Notes: a model not told the origin generated them from the letters alone. A stretch of DNA of 64,000 nucleotides from Lama glama (GCA_028534125.1 CM052818.1:37574001-37638000), one strand, 5' to 3'; counted from the stretch's first letter, positions 39,001-52,831 are shown. Program-made: numbers and translations.

Positions 39001-40336
39001 GATACAGTATAAAAAGCCAAGGGCAGCGCAGGTCGGGACAGGGCACCAAATTCCAAGGGGCAAACTGCTGCAGATCAGAAATGTAAAGCGCCTCTGCCAA
39101 ATTCCATGAATATGACCTCAGAGAAAGAGCATAACAAAAGGCACAACCGCAGGCTTCCAGCAGCTTAAGGATTTCCTCCGAAAGCATATCTAGCCATCTA
39201 TTGATTAGCATTATGAGATCCAGGGTCAGGGAAGGGGTAAAGAAGAGCTGAAAAATAGTCCGGCGGAAAAATTGCTCAATAGCGTTCAGTGGTGAAGGAG
39301 GGAAGTTTAAGGAGAAAAACATACCTACCAGTTACGTCTATTGCCTAAAAAATATAACCTGTTCACTTAGAAGAAAATCTGGTGAGGAAGTGAATTGAAC
39401 CCAGAGGTTCTGGGAGCTACGGGACTTTTTGAACCACACCAAGCTAGTGAATGTAGAAAGCAAGGATAATATGTGCCCATGAGGCAAGCGATACATTAGA
39501 TTCGGCCTGAGGATGTTTGAAACACCAAGGTCATGTAGAGGCTGATAAATACACCAAATTGTGCCCCTCCAACCCCCTGTACAGGATGGTCCAGCAATAG
39601 CCAGAGTCTTTCAAGAAAGAATAATTTCAAGAGAAATAATTGAAAATAAGCCAAGTGGAAACCTATGAATAGAAACAGTAATGCATATTTTGGGCAAGTT
39701 AATGAATTCCAAGGAAAAAGGAAGAATCACAAGTCATTTGTGTGGCAATGGGTAGGGTGGGGACATCAGACTACAGTAAAACAAAGGGGTCAGAAGAATA
39801 GACTCTTGGCCTCTATATTCACGAGAGTAGAAGGGGAATTGATTCATTCATTTATGAATTTATTTAACTACTATTTAATTGAATATATACTATGGACCAG
39901 TCACTGAAGTTTTGGGGATATAGTGCATCACAATGGAGACAAGATTCCAGCTCTCATAGAGACTACATTCTAATGGAGGAAAGAAACAACATGAAAAAAA
40001 AAAAAGCAAACAAGAAAAAATGTTTTGGAGTCAGGACAACCTGGTTTGAAATATCAGCTGTGCCATTACCATCTGTACTATACTTAACCTTGTCGTGATG
40101 CTCGCTCTCTCTGCAAAAGTCAGGTAGAAATGCCAACCTTGAAAGGTTGTGATGAGAATAAGAGGGAATTTGTGCTGCAGAATAGTATCTGGAATATAAG
40201 AAGCATTTTGTAATATGTGTTGAACGAAATATTGACAACATGAAAGAGCCAGTTAATAGGGAGGGAATAGAATTCAAATCATGATGGAAGAATGTGATTT
40301 TAAAGTAGAAAATTATGACACACGCACACACACATA

Positions 40337-40550
40337 CAGTTGATCCTAGAGCAATGTGGGTTTAAACCGCAGGGGTCCACTTAGACATGGAATTTTTTTT
40401 CAATAGTAAATGTTAGAGTATTACCTGATCCACATTTAGTTGAATCTGCAGATGCAGAAACTCAGATAGGAGGAACCATGAGCTGACTATAAGTTACAGA
40501 TAGATTTTCGACTCTGCAGCGGGTCTGCGGCCTCTAACCCCTCCCAACTA
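40337..40550 (+). mobile_element. Tigger2-family MITE, MER8-like
   Basis: tacagttgatcctagagcaatgtgggtttaaaccgcaggggtccactta..ttttcaatagtaaat..ttgaatctgcagatgcagaa..gactataagttac..ctaacccc. Confidence 0.8.
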
Positions 40551-42014
40551 CCTCTAGCTCTCTATATATGCACATATACTGTCTATACTATATCTGCATC
40601 TAATCTCTATATATAATGAGAAAGACAGAGATGCAGGGAGGAACAGAAGAAAGCATGTTGAAGATGTAGGGGACATATACAAGTCTACTCTAAAGAAAAG
40701 GAAAGGTTCCCAGGTTGATGAAATTCTATTCAAGTATCTTAGTGACATACCTAAGAAAGATTATGTTGGCCAGAAGGAGTTTTGGATCCAAGAAAGCTTA
40801 GAAGAAAGACAGTCAGAGAGACCAATGATGCTCATGTCCTCTTAGGCAGGGAAGGATGTTCGAGTGCCATGGGCAGGACCTTCCCTCAAAGGGCAAAAAG
40901 CATTCTTCGACACACCTCAGCCAAAGACTGTGTTCTGAGATTTCATAACATACTATGATGGTTCTATAATTATGATCTGGTTTCCCACGCAGACTTTGCT
41001 ACCATGAGAAGCAGGTCATGCCCACATGAGCTCTGACTTCTCTGCTCTGTGACCACCAATATATATTAATAGATTCTCTGGTTAGATATAAGTCTCCAAA
41101 AACCTGTTACTGTGATATCTCTGAAAGATAGAACTGTTCCTACATAATTAAGGCAGATCTCTAAAGGTGGGGGAACTGATTGGGATGGGGTACCATTTGT
41201 AATATAATTGTTAGAATAGCAATACAGCACAGTGAATGTCTTGATAAGTAGTCTGTGGTTAATAAGAAAGCTTTTTCCTAGGTGTCACTTATAAATTGAT
41301 CGGTGGGAAGTTCGTAAAGCAAGCTGTGAAATTATTCATCACGTTACAGCTTATCCTTTCTGGGCACAGCTTTCTTGGAGCAAATAACTGAGTTATTTTG
41401 AGATCAGTGGCCTATAGTCTAAGCTGAGTCATTTTACCACAGATGGGCTCAATTTTCAATTCTCATGAACCAGTTGAGCAGACAAAGTAGCACAGACAAC
41501 ACTTAAAGGAGTGAAGGATTAGATACACCTCATCAGTTCAGAAGGGAACAAGATCTTTCAGAAAAGCGTGGTGATAAATGCTGAGGCAACTTTAACTAGG
41601 ACTTAGAGAATGGACAGGACGTGTCTGGTGGAGAGGGCGGAGTACTTCAGCTGGGGTTAATAACCTCACGGAAAAGTATGGAGGTGAATGCTCATGCAGT
41701 CATGGAATCCTGAGGTGATTTATCTACATGGAGCAGAGGTTAAATCTGGGGAGCTATGTGAAGTAAGGCTGAGACATAAAAAATCTCATTATAGAAGCCC
41801 AGAATTCTAGACAGGTTGGTTTGAATTGGGCAGGTTAGCATGGAGGAACTGGATGTCTGTGCAACCGTTCGGCCATTTGAGATCCTGGCAGTAACTTTAA
41901 AGAGAAGAAGTGCAATCTGCTGACAGTTACAGGAGATTTCAGAATCCTCCCGAGACCAAGGAATTCAGTGAGATCTAGATAATATAATACCAGAAGCTTC
42001 TCTCAAACATACAC

Positions 42015-42490
42015 ATTTTTTGGAATTTAGGTAAAATTCACATACTACAAAATCATCATTTTAACCATTTTAATATATGCTACTCAGTGACATTTATTAC
42101 ATATACAATGTTGTAAAATCACCAGCGCTATCAGTTCTGAGATATTTCATCACCTCAAAAGGAAACTCCACTCCCCAGCTTCTTCACCCCTCAGATCCTG
42201 GTGATCATTAATCTGTTCTCTGTGGATTTGCCTCTTCTGAATATCTTACATAAATATTATCCTATAATATCTGACCTTTTGTGTTTGGCCTTTTTCACTT
42301 AGCATGATTTCAAGTTTCATCCATGTCGTCGTATGTACCAGTACTGCATTCTCTTTTAGAGCTGAATACTCTCCCGTTGTATGGATATACCACAATTGGT
42401 TTATTTATTCATCAGGTAATGGACATTTGCATTATTTCACCTTTTGCTATCGAGAATAACACTGATATGAATATTTGTGAACATGTATAC
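42015..42490 (-). mobile_element. Older L1 3'UTR (L1MB/L1MA-like)
   Basis: ggtaaaattcacatactacaaaatcatcattttaacc..ttcatcacctcaaaaggaaactcc..ttttcacttagcatgatttcaagtttcatccatgt..gtatggatataccaca. Confidence 0.85.
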
Positions 42491-43464
42491 TTTTTTCCCC
42501 AAGGAGTCTATGGTTCATGAAAACTGCATCCTCTCATAATTTTAGGATATTCCTAACTTAATGTCATAACAATCCATTCAATTAACAAAGACAGAGGATG
42601 GATGAACATATCATCGGGATACACAAGAAAAGTTAGAATATACCTGCCAACTTATCCTTGGTACCAATAGCTCCTCCTGTTTTCCCCTTGAGAGTTTTTG
42701 GAATACTTTTATTAGTCACGTCTACTCTTAAACACAGAATAGTCTAGGCATCTTAATGACTGGTAGGTATTCTCTCTCGTGCATAGAGAATTATCAAAAT
42801 TATAAAGGCCTTGCCTTTCAACTAGGGAATAGGTGAAAAAATATTCTAGAGTATAGATGATCAATAGCTTACTCTTTTTACTAGTTAACTAATGGTAGAT
42901 TCGGTACAATTCATACACAATGGAACAAAGTTGAAATTTGCCTTATCTGAGAAGTTCTGACTCTTGAGCAATGATGGTGAATGGGAGAATCCAGGAGAAA
43001 AAAAAATCTGAATCAATTCTAAGAGAACTCTTGGAGCTGCTAAAATGTTTGGAGCATGAAAGTGATATGATAAAAATAATATTTTGCAAATTGACTAATG
43101 TGGCTGCCAGATGGATTAGTGAGCCTATATTTGTGAAGGGTTTATTTATTTATTTAATTTTTTAAAAAAAGGACAATGGCAGACAGCATAAATAATAGTA
43201 ATAACAAAAGCAGTAATAGTGATCTTAATAATTTTGGAGAAGAGGACGGGTAGGAGGTAGGAAGAACAGTTAGTATACGCAATAATACATAATAATGCAT
43301 GGCGATAATACAGATATAAGGCAGTGATGCTTGCCCTGGGGTACAGGTAACAAGGAAAAGTCAACCAAGGGCCGAAGCAAGACACATTAGCAAGTCAGAT
43401 AAAATGCATGCAACCTTTTCTTTGCTCACGCAGCATTTATTTTGTTAGCCTTGAGCCTGGCTAT

Positions 43465-43600
43465 TTAATATGTGACAGAGCAACAGCAGTGATTCATCTG
43501 GGAACCTGTTAGAAATGCAGAATCCCAGGCTCTACCCAGATGTACCAAATCTGACTCTGCACTGTAATCATTTCTCTAGGTGATCTTGTGTCTCTGATTA
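43465..43600. mobile_element. MER5A-like MITE
   Basis: catctgggaacctgttagaaatgcagaatcccaggctctacccaga. Confidence 0.7.
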
Positions 43601-46600
43601 ATGAAGTACCTACTTTCAAAATCTAATGTACCCTGGCAGAGGGGCGGGGAGGAAGGTATTTTCTTTTATAGAAAAATTCATTGGCTTCATTTGTTTGAGA
43701 TACTGGATGCATATGGTCCCAACCCTTGACATTTCCTGAGCAGCTTCAGAAAAGATAACCTTTTCACTCCTTCTCTTCTATTAATAATAGCATTTAAAAG
43801 ATTAATTACAACTCTACTTAATATTCTTCCAAATCTAAACTTCCTGTACTTATTAACTCATTGATTCTATTATGTTTAATCATTCAGATGAGTTTCCCTA
43901 CAGGCCAGTTGTTCAATAACATTTTCCACTCTCTAGACTTTTTGAAAATTTGATAAAATCTATGAAATTCCCTCACAGGAAAATGCACATTAATACATGC
44001 AAGCATTTCCCCCCAACCAGCGTATTTTTGCATTGGAAATGTATCTCCTTTACATATATTGACTATAAAAATCTCCACAAATATTATGCTTCTCATTTTT
44101 CATGCGAAAATAAATGCCTTCGTCCTGGAAAAGGGTGAATAAGCCCAAACTGTGCAAAACAAACAGAATATAAACCATTTTATTGCTCAGAAGTAAATTT
44201 CAATGAGATACCAACTTTGACACCCAGCTGATACTGACTTTTCGTTTTGATTCCAACAAGTGTTGAGTGCCCTGACTCACAAAAGTAAGGGAAAGCAAAG
44301 AGCATCAGAGTTCCGGGGCCTTACATTGAAGATAGAAGTAGGCTTTCTTCAAGGAACAAGAGAATTCTTTAAAACCTTTCATGTTGAATTCATGTCCCAG
44401 TATTTCCATTCTTTGTCCTCAAGTCAATCAGGCAATCTCTGGCAAAGCCTATATCATTGATGTTACCTGCATCAGCATGAGAGAAGTTATGAATTGATTA
44501 CCTCTATGAATCTAAATTTTGGACTTACTGAACAGATCTAACCTCCAAAAGAAATTCTGTCATTTTTTTTGTTGTTATGATGGTGGCTCTTGTTTTTGTA
44601 TGTTTGGTTTCAAGGTGTAACTGAATTCTGATTGCTGAAAAGCAAATAAAATTTTAAAAAAAGAAAAGAATTTTCTACTCTTGGCTCTAGCCAACAGAAA
44701 CGCTTCTTTAAATATTGGAAATGTTTTAAAGGCACAATCTTTCCTTCCAGAGTAGAAACTTAGCTTATCCAAGAAAGGTCATAATTTTGCTTTTTATATT
44801 ACTTTCTGCCTCCCTTCACTAGCTGTGGTCGTAACAATGATTTCTAGGTTATATTTTGAACATTTTCCTTTATTGATAAGGTCAAATACAGGCAGTGGGT
44901 AAGTCAATGAATGAAGACAACCTTCCTAGTCAACTTGCCTTAAGAGATGGATTTTTTCCCCTCTCTCAAAAAAGAAAAAAGGTAAAAAAGTACTTGAATT
45001 TTACTCAAGTGTTTTAAGAATAATTTCTGTGTGGTAGTAATATTCATATTCTAGTCTACTTTCTTGAGAATTGTCTTAGATGGTGATGAGTCAAGGTCTG
45101 GGGCTGATAAGGATAACAGTTTGCATAGCAATAAGCCAAGATTTCTTTAAATCAAATACAGAGTCATATATTCATGGTTCTAGAAACCGATGAATAACAG
45201 TAACTTTTTTTCATCAAAACACCAAGTCACATATGTTCTACACATAAAGTATTACCTTTCCTGAAATTAGGTGGCTCTCTGGGGTATCTTGGCCCAATTT
45301 AGGAGAACGTACTTGGTTGGGAGAAATATAATGTCACGTGTTACACAACAGGAGTCAGCAAATGCCCCTTCTTGCTTGACTCAGAGATGAAGACCTCCTT
45401 AGGTTTTTCCAAGCTCCCACACCCCAGTCACTCCCTCTGTTGGTGGTTTCCAAACTCCACCCTCATCACAGAAATGAAGAATGTTATTTTTTTTTTTGGT
45501 TCCTTTATCTCCTCCTTTCACAATCCAAAACTGTCATTGAAATTTGAAGAAATAAATGACCTAATGTTTACACATAGGTGGGGCTGTGTCTTTGCAAGTT
45601 CCTCTAAGCACGCAAGTTCCTTTGCATGCTGAAGCAAACTGGTAAAACCACAGAAAGAAAACAGAAGGTCACGTGGAACTGTCTGTCATTTATCACCTTG
45701 AGAAATCTAGGAGACAAAGTGGAAGGTGGAGGGGTTCTCTCTTGAGTTCCTGGGTATCCTTATAATAAGAGCAGCTGCTGCATCCTATCCCTCACGAAGT
45801 AGTAAGACTTCATACAGTCACTGAGTTCCCCTTGTCAAAGACGCCTTTTACTCGGCATCCTCCCTGTGAATCTCTACAGCGCTTCACTAAATAGAAAGGC
45901 ATCCCTGTTTATTGTCTATTTACTTAATTTTATTTTACTGTGTGATTCTTGAGTGACTATCCTATGCCAGATGCTGCTAAGCAGGGAATAAGCATCACAT
46001 CATTTATGCTCAAGACAGTTCTCAACTTGGGTGCTCTTATTACGTAGATGAAGGAAATGGAGCTCAGAAGAATGAAGCACTGGACGGGCAGAGCTCGGTT
46101 TGTGTTCTAGATTTACCTTCCTCACAATCATCCTTCCTAACTGCTCCATTTCACTGCTCCATGAAAACTTCTGTACTCACCTGTCAGACAAAAACCAGGC
46201 GCTACCTAACCACACCAGAGAAACCTGTGGTTCCATTCAGCACACTTTTGGAAAAAAAAAAAAATCTCTGCAGTTGCTCTAAAATATATGTTCTTGCTAA
46301 GATTTCTTCAGACCATTTAAGTATTGTTCAGAACCCAAACAAACTTGCAGACATTTGTGCTAGACTCGTTGGATATGAAAAGAAACAAGTCACACATCAC
46401 TGCCCGTGAGTTAACTGTGCTTGTGGGCTTCCGGGGAGGGTGTACGCTTTTGTTTCTCCTGTACCTAGGATTTTACTGTGTATGTTTCCTGTCTCCTGGT
46501 TGACAGTCACAGAAGCCTCTCATGGAACCTCCCTGTTAGTTGCTCTGGAGGTAAGTAAGATTTTTGAGATTCTCCAGAGCACTTTCCGCCTAAGATGAGT

Positions 46601-48494
46601 GTCATGAGTGCCACATAGTTGTATTATAAGCCAGACCACCCCAAACACATGCTCCACATGCGGTGCCAATGTATCCAGACTTTTGGATTGACACCGCATT
46701 AGACAAAAATAGTAATGATAATAATTTTATGTACATCGTTACTAAGCACTCTCTACCTATTTAAAAGCAACAGTCGTTAAGAACCAAAATACCACTATCC
46801 CGCACTCTTTACAAAACAATCCAGGCGCTGTGGGGACTTCTGCTCTGTAAGGCTAGTTATCCAGATAATTCCCCCTTACTGTTCAACAAGCAGAAATCAG
46901 ATAGTCTGAATGTAATTTTGCAGAATAATTCCACTCATACGAGAGGAAATTTGCCTCCCCTCCTATTACATAAATATTTCATAAAGGATCATGTCTTCTA
47001 CCAAATTAGGATAATCCACAAAAAAATGTGGCAGCCAAAAGAAGCTGTCTTCTGTGTATCGTTATAAACCTGCCCAACGGGTAACACAGTTTTCTTGGAA
47101 ACATTTGACATGTTTCTTCTCTAACCTAAATCATAGAAACTTGCCTTGATGAAGGGAGGTTTTTTGTTTTTTTTTTCCAAAGGGTTTTCCTGTCAAAACT
47201 GTTTTACCACTTTATAATTTTTCATTGCTTCAATAAGTTCCTCATGCCCCTGAGGGAGAATGCAGCCAAGCTTGTTTGCTGACGTCAGAAACTTCCATAC
47301 AAATGTTCCCTTTTGTCCACTGGAGAAATAATGGACGCGGGGCCCCAGAGTTACATCCAGGCATTAAGTCTGTTTACCAAAGACGGTCATTATTCTATAA
47401 TTCTCTCAGCTAATTTTGTGTGGGAAAAAAGCCTTTGGCTCCCTAATGCTAATGAGCTTAGGGCATTTCTCTTGTTTTCGGGTCCAAGGCAGGGATTTTT
47501 CTTATTTTCCTTTCCTATCACCTTCAGGTGAGCTAATCAGCTCTGAGCAGCCATTGCTGTTGGAACCGGTGAGTTTGCAGCCTCCTTCCTTGGTGCTTCC
47601 ATCTTTAGCCAGGTCCCTTTTCTTCCCGAGTAATTTTTGGCTCATAGATCCTTTGTATTTGGCCTCCCGTGTGGATGCCTGATAGCTTTCCTCCTGGAAA
47701 CCGCTCCGTGGGGATTTCTTTTTGTTTTCTGAACATGACTTTTAATTACTCTTGGATTATTTGGCTATCAGCTACTATGTAAAGCCTGAGCTGGTGCCAT
47801 CGAACCGCATTAGAGTGGAGGGTGGCTTCTGGCCAGAAAGGTGGCCTTCGCTCCTCACTTTGCAATGGTCCATCTGTAGAAAAACAGGGCTATGGAGACC
47901 ATCCCTTGTAAGCCTGATCCAAGCTCTGCACACAGCATACGAGTCCCACCTGCTGGGCTTGGCAAGGGAAGCCTTTAGAATATTAAAATTATTTTATTAT
48001 CGTTTCACCCTTGACGGTACCATCTCCAAATTTTAAACGTGTCAATGGGAAATATGGATATGTGATTATAAACGGCATCTTCTGTTCTGGAAACGTCTTT
48101 GATTCACGGAGGAATGTACTTTACTCATTGACTGCCCTTCATAAGACGTCTGGATATGGTGTGGTCTTAAAGTGAGTCTCCCTAATTGACTGTGATTTTA
48201 CGAATACATGCATTGGGATCTTGTCTCAATAACTGTAGGGTCTTTGAATTGTTGTCTAGTGTTAGAGTTCTTACATTCTAGCACATTAGCTTAGTAACAA
48301 TAAGTATTTAGAATGTATTTGCTAACTAATCAACAGTAATGCTCATTGAGAACAACACAGGAGTAAGAATGGCTGTCAGAAGCACACTTTTGAAGTAGAG
48401 GGTCACAGTCCTCAGAAGTCTTCTGAAAAAAAGTCTTTAAAAAAAACACATGTTACAGTCTAGCAACATTTTAATTTTTTTTCACTTTTTTCTT

Positions 48495-49971
48495 TTCTTT
48501 TTTTATTGAAATACAGTCAGTTTACAATGTTGTATTAGTTTCTGGTGTACAGCAAAGTGATTCAGTTATACATACATGTACATTTCTTTTTTGTATTCTT
48601 TTCCATTATGGTTTATTACAGGATATTGAATATAGTTCCCTCTGATATACAGTAGGGCCTTGTTGTTGATCTATTTCATATATAGTATTTTGTATCTGCT
48701 AATCCCAAATTTAATTTATCCCTCCCCCATACCCTTTCCACTTTGGTGACTGTAATTTGGTTTCCTATGTCTGTGGGTCTGTTTCTTTTTCATAAATAAG
48801 TTCCTTTGAGTCATATTTTAGATTCCACATGTAAGTGATATCATATATTTGACTTTTTCTTTCTGACATTTCATTTATTATGATAATCTCTAAGTCCATC
48901 TAGGTTTCTGCAAATGGCATTATTTCATTCTTTTTTATGGCTGAGTAGTATTCCATTGTATATATTTACATAAGTATGTATATATACCACATCTTCTTTA
49001 TCTATTCGTCTGTTGCCAGATATGTAGGTTGCTTCCATGTCTTGGCTGTTGTAAATAATGCTGCTATGAACATTGGGGTGCATATATCTTTTTGAATTAG
49101 AGTTTTCTCTGCATATATGGCCAGGAGTAGGCTTGCTGAAGCATATTTTACGTCTATTTTTAGTTCTTTAAGGAACCTCTATACTGTTCTCCATAGTGAC
49201 TGCATCGACTTATATTCCCACCAACAGTGTAGGACGGTTCCCTTCTCTCCACACCCTCTCCAGCATTTATTTGTAGACTTACTATAATGGCCTTACTGAC
49301 TGATGTGAGGTGATACCTCATTGTACTTTTGACTTCCATTTCAGCCCTAATTTCTTCAAATACATTTTTGATCCCCTTTTCTCTTTCGTCTCCTTCTGGG
49401 ATCCCTAATATGTGTAAATTGGGACACTTTATAGTATCCAGGAGTTCTCTCATGTTACTTTTTTTTTTTTTGTCTTTCTGTCTGCTGTTCTGATTGGGTG
49501 ATTTCCATTATTCTATCTTCCAGATCACCTGCTCATTCTTCTGCATTATCCAGTTTGCTGTTTGTTGACTTTAGATCAGCTTTTGTCTCGGCAAATGAGT
49601 TTTCTAATTTTAATTGGTTCCTCTTCATAGCTTCCAACTCCCTTTTACAGTAATCTGCATTTCTATCAATAGACTTTATTAATTTCTTCAGTATTTTCAT
49701 TACCTCCTTTTTGAACTCGGGACCTGGTGGAATGAAGATGTCTGTTTCATTGTTTGTTCTTTCAGGGGAATTCTCTTGATCTTTTACTTGGGAGTGGTTT
49801 CTCTGCTTCTTCATTTTACTTATATTTCTCTGACTCTATGAGTTTAGGAGACACAGTTACTTACTGTGGTCTTGAAGAGCTGTTTTTGTTCCACGTGTAC
49901 AGGTATTAGATGTGTTTGTGGGAGAAGGTGAGCTCCACATCCTTCTATTCTGCCATGTTGATCTGGTTCTC
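48495..49971 (-). mobile_element. Internally deleted LINE-1 with both termini: 5' tip, end of 5'UTR, ORF1 N-half, ORF2 C-terminus, 3'UTR, A tail
   Basis: ORF 49533..49814 is the ORF1 N-terminus/coiled coil. ORF 49160..49453 switches from ORF1 (NLHILGIPEGDEREKGIKNVFEEIRAE) to ORF2 (MEVKSTMRYHLT). The minus-strand 5' tip is gatcaacatggcagaatagaaggatgtggagctcacc. The 3'UTR matches the other young L1 copies in the window. Confidence 0.9.
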
Positions 49972-50904
49972 CACTTTATTTCTTATTTATTAAACTCAAG
50001 AGTACTCTCATTCTTTAGTAGAGAATTACAAAGGAAATTATCAGACTATCAAAACCTGCCATTTCATGTAGCTTTTAAAATTCTAGTCTAAACATATTTT
50101 TATTTGACAAGACATATTTTGTTTTCTTTTGAAATACCTTTCCATCACTTAGAACCAGATCTTAATGCTCTACTTATTGTTTTACAGAAACATTTATTTC
50201 TAGTTCCCATTACAATAGATCATATAAGAGGAAAAATATATGCAAATGTGATCAGGTTTTTTGAAAATTCCTTAGCACGAATTTTGTAAATTTAACATAA
50301 ATTATTACACAATTAATTGTATAAGATGACAATTTATTTCTCTGGTATTTCAAAAGATACTTCAGGGTCCCTGAGGGAATCCATACTCACCAAACAAAAG
50401 CAGTACAGTGTCACCATCCTGGAACACAGAGCACATTTAACAAGGAGAAGTAAAGGCAAACACATTTCTTTGATTTCCCCGTGGACACTTCTGGTCATGG
50501 TATTTAAAAGGAGGAACGCAAAGGAAAGTGTTTTTCTTGGAAAACTCAAATATCTAATACTAACATTACCTGGACCTGAATTCACCTTTGCAAGCTGTAA
50601 CTGACTGATCTTATAAACTTGAAACATACCCAGCAAGTTCAAGGTGACTTCTGCCTGCATACTCCTTCCCTCTCTGTTCTTTCTAGGTAGTCTGTATCAA
50701 GATCTTTTGTTATGTGGAAAATAACACGCCAGGGAAACCAAGAGAATTATTCATCTCCGTACTAATATTTTGGCTAGAACGAAAAAGAGAGCACCCTTAG
50801 ATTAAATACATATTAATTTGATCACTGGCAGTAATATCATTAAAGCTGGGTTAAACTCTTGTCTTTGTAACTATTTTGTGTTCCGTGGGCCCAGCTGACT
50901 TTCT

Positions 50905-51770
50905 TGGCTAGTTCATTCCACAAACTGGTACTGAGTGCCCACCACGTACTAGGAGCGGGTGACAGAGAACCAGATAGAATACATTTTCTGCCATGAAGAT
51001 GCTCAATGTCTGTTGAGGGGGACAACCACAAGTATTTTTGAAATGTCATGAAAAAGAACAGATAGCTATGTCTAAATTACATGGGAGTGGAGATAACAGA
51101 GGAAACGCAGGGAAACCAGCTGTCAAAACCAATCAGAAGGGATTTTCTAATCATTTCCTAGAGAAAACCACACTCATGTTAATTTCAAAAGATAAGGAGT
51201 AGTGCGTCCCCGAGTCACTTGTGATTTGTTTGTGTGGCAGGAAATGGTCAAGGAGGCAGAGAGATGATCAGGAAAAAAGACGCAAACCCTGAAAACCACA
51301 TGGTATATTTAGCAACGAACAAGCAAATTGGTGTTGCTGGAGCATAAACTATCAAATAATAAATACTGAGAGATGCTGTGAGATTGATAAAGCCATGGAG
51401 AGCTTTGTAAGCCACTAGAAGTGTTAACCCTGAAAGTGATTTCGATTAAGGAAAGACCTTCAAGGAAGGGGAAGAGTGATCAGAGTTGTGTCTTTGGAGT
51501 AATGTTTTAGTGGTTATGCGGAGAGTGGTTGGGCTGGTGGGACAAGATCAGAGTAGGTGGGACCACTTAGGAGGGGCCTAAGTCCAGCCAGACCAAAGCG
51601 GTTGGGCCTAAAATGGAAAAAAGGTATCAAAATCTGGAAAGGAAGAGCTATTCAGAAAGTAAATTCAGCAGAAAACTGCGCATCCATAAAGAGAGAAAAG
51701 AGAAGGCAGAGTGGAGTTTTGAGCTCCTACTTTTAGCCTAAGGACTGAATAGTTTTCAGTGATAAAAGAT
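50905..51770 (-). mobile_element. LINE-2 fragments
   Basis: ttcattccacaaactggtactgagtgcccaccacgtactagg..ctgccatgaagatgctcaatgtctgttgaggg; gagtgatcagagttgtgtctttggag. Confidence 0.65.
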
Positions 51771-52802
51771 GTAACATAAAGTGTTAAAGTTAGATTCTTC
51801 GTTTTTGTATCTCGGCCCCCAAACTGGCAGGCAGTAGGTGAAACACTTTATTAAAAGGTGATAGTTGGGCTAGGCTTTCAAAGGTGAACACTTTATTAAC
51901 GACTATTTTATTAACCAGACCAGGAACTAGATAGACTAGTGTAATTAATTCAAGTAAACTAAACATTAGAGTCTCTCTGTTGTCATGGTGAGAGGGGGCA
52001 CAGGAGAGCTGATCCTGAATAAAGACCCACTCTGCGTATGAGCATGACTCGCAGAGAACATTCCAGCCACTGTGTACCCCTGGGCCAGTCTCTCTCCAAA
52101 CCCTGAGGGTGGCCAGGGTACGGAGCTGTACCTCTGCTAAGGGGCCAGGCTCTGGGGACCAAGGAGGAAAGACACTTCAAAATGCTTGTACATTTTCAGT
52201 AAGTCTGATCGTCCACCTACAGCTCCAGTGGCAACACGCTAGCCTGGACACAGTCCAGGGACCACGGACAATCCTGAGAGGCTCAGCTCTCAGGCCCCTC
52301 GGCTGTGCCCCATTTGAGGGCAATCCCAAGTGCCTTAGGCCTGTGACCACAGCGTAGGCTGAGATGGAAGGGATGGCAGCAGGGAATTCTGCCGCAGTGA
52401 CAATGTAACTGCTGTGCCTTCCTTCCAAGGCGGTGGCTTCTTTCTGGTAATAAAAACCGTATTTATGCTGGAAGAGAAAAGACCCATATAAGGGCAACTG
52501 GCGGGTCATCTATAGGTAAGAAAGTGGTGGTTTATTTAGGTTTTCATTGTTTTTCCTAATCAATAGGGGCAAGATGTTGTAGAAGAAATGGTTTAGGGAA
52601 ACTATCTTGTGTAGCATCTTAGACTAGAGGGATAGGGAGAATGGAGGCAGAGAGCTCAGAATGAAAATATGAGGCATTGAGATAATAGGATAATGGGAGC
52701 TTAAATGTGGGGGTAGTAATAGGAATGTAAATAATTGGTAGGCAGGGCTGGTGTAAGAACTTATGTTTATTCCTTTAGTGATTGAATTGATTTGGTTTCT
52801 CT

Positions 52803-52831
52803 GTGTATGTGTGTGTGTGTGTGTGTGTGTG
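52803..52831. repeat. (TG)n microsatellite with one interruption
   Basis: gtgtatgtgtgtgtgtgtgtgtgtgtgtg. Confidence 0.9.

Noticed and set aside
38879..39322. 147-aa minus-strand ORF
   Set aside because: No recognisable domain, its C-terminal part runs through a MER5 MITE, and there is no supporting promoter or splice structure.
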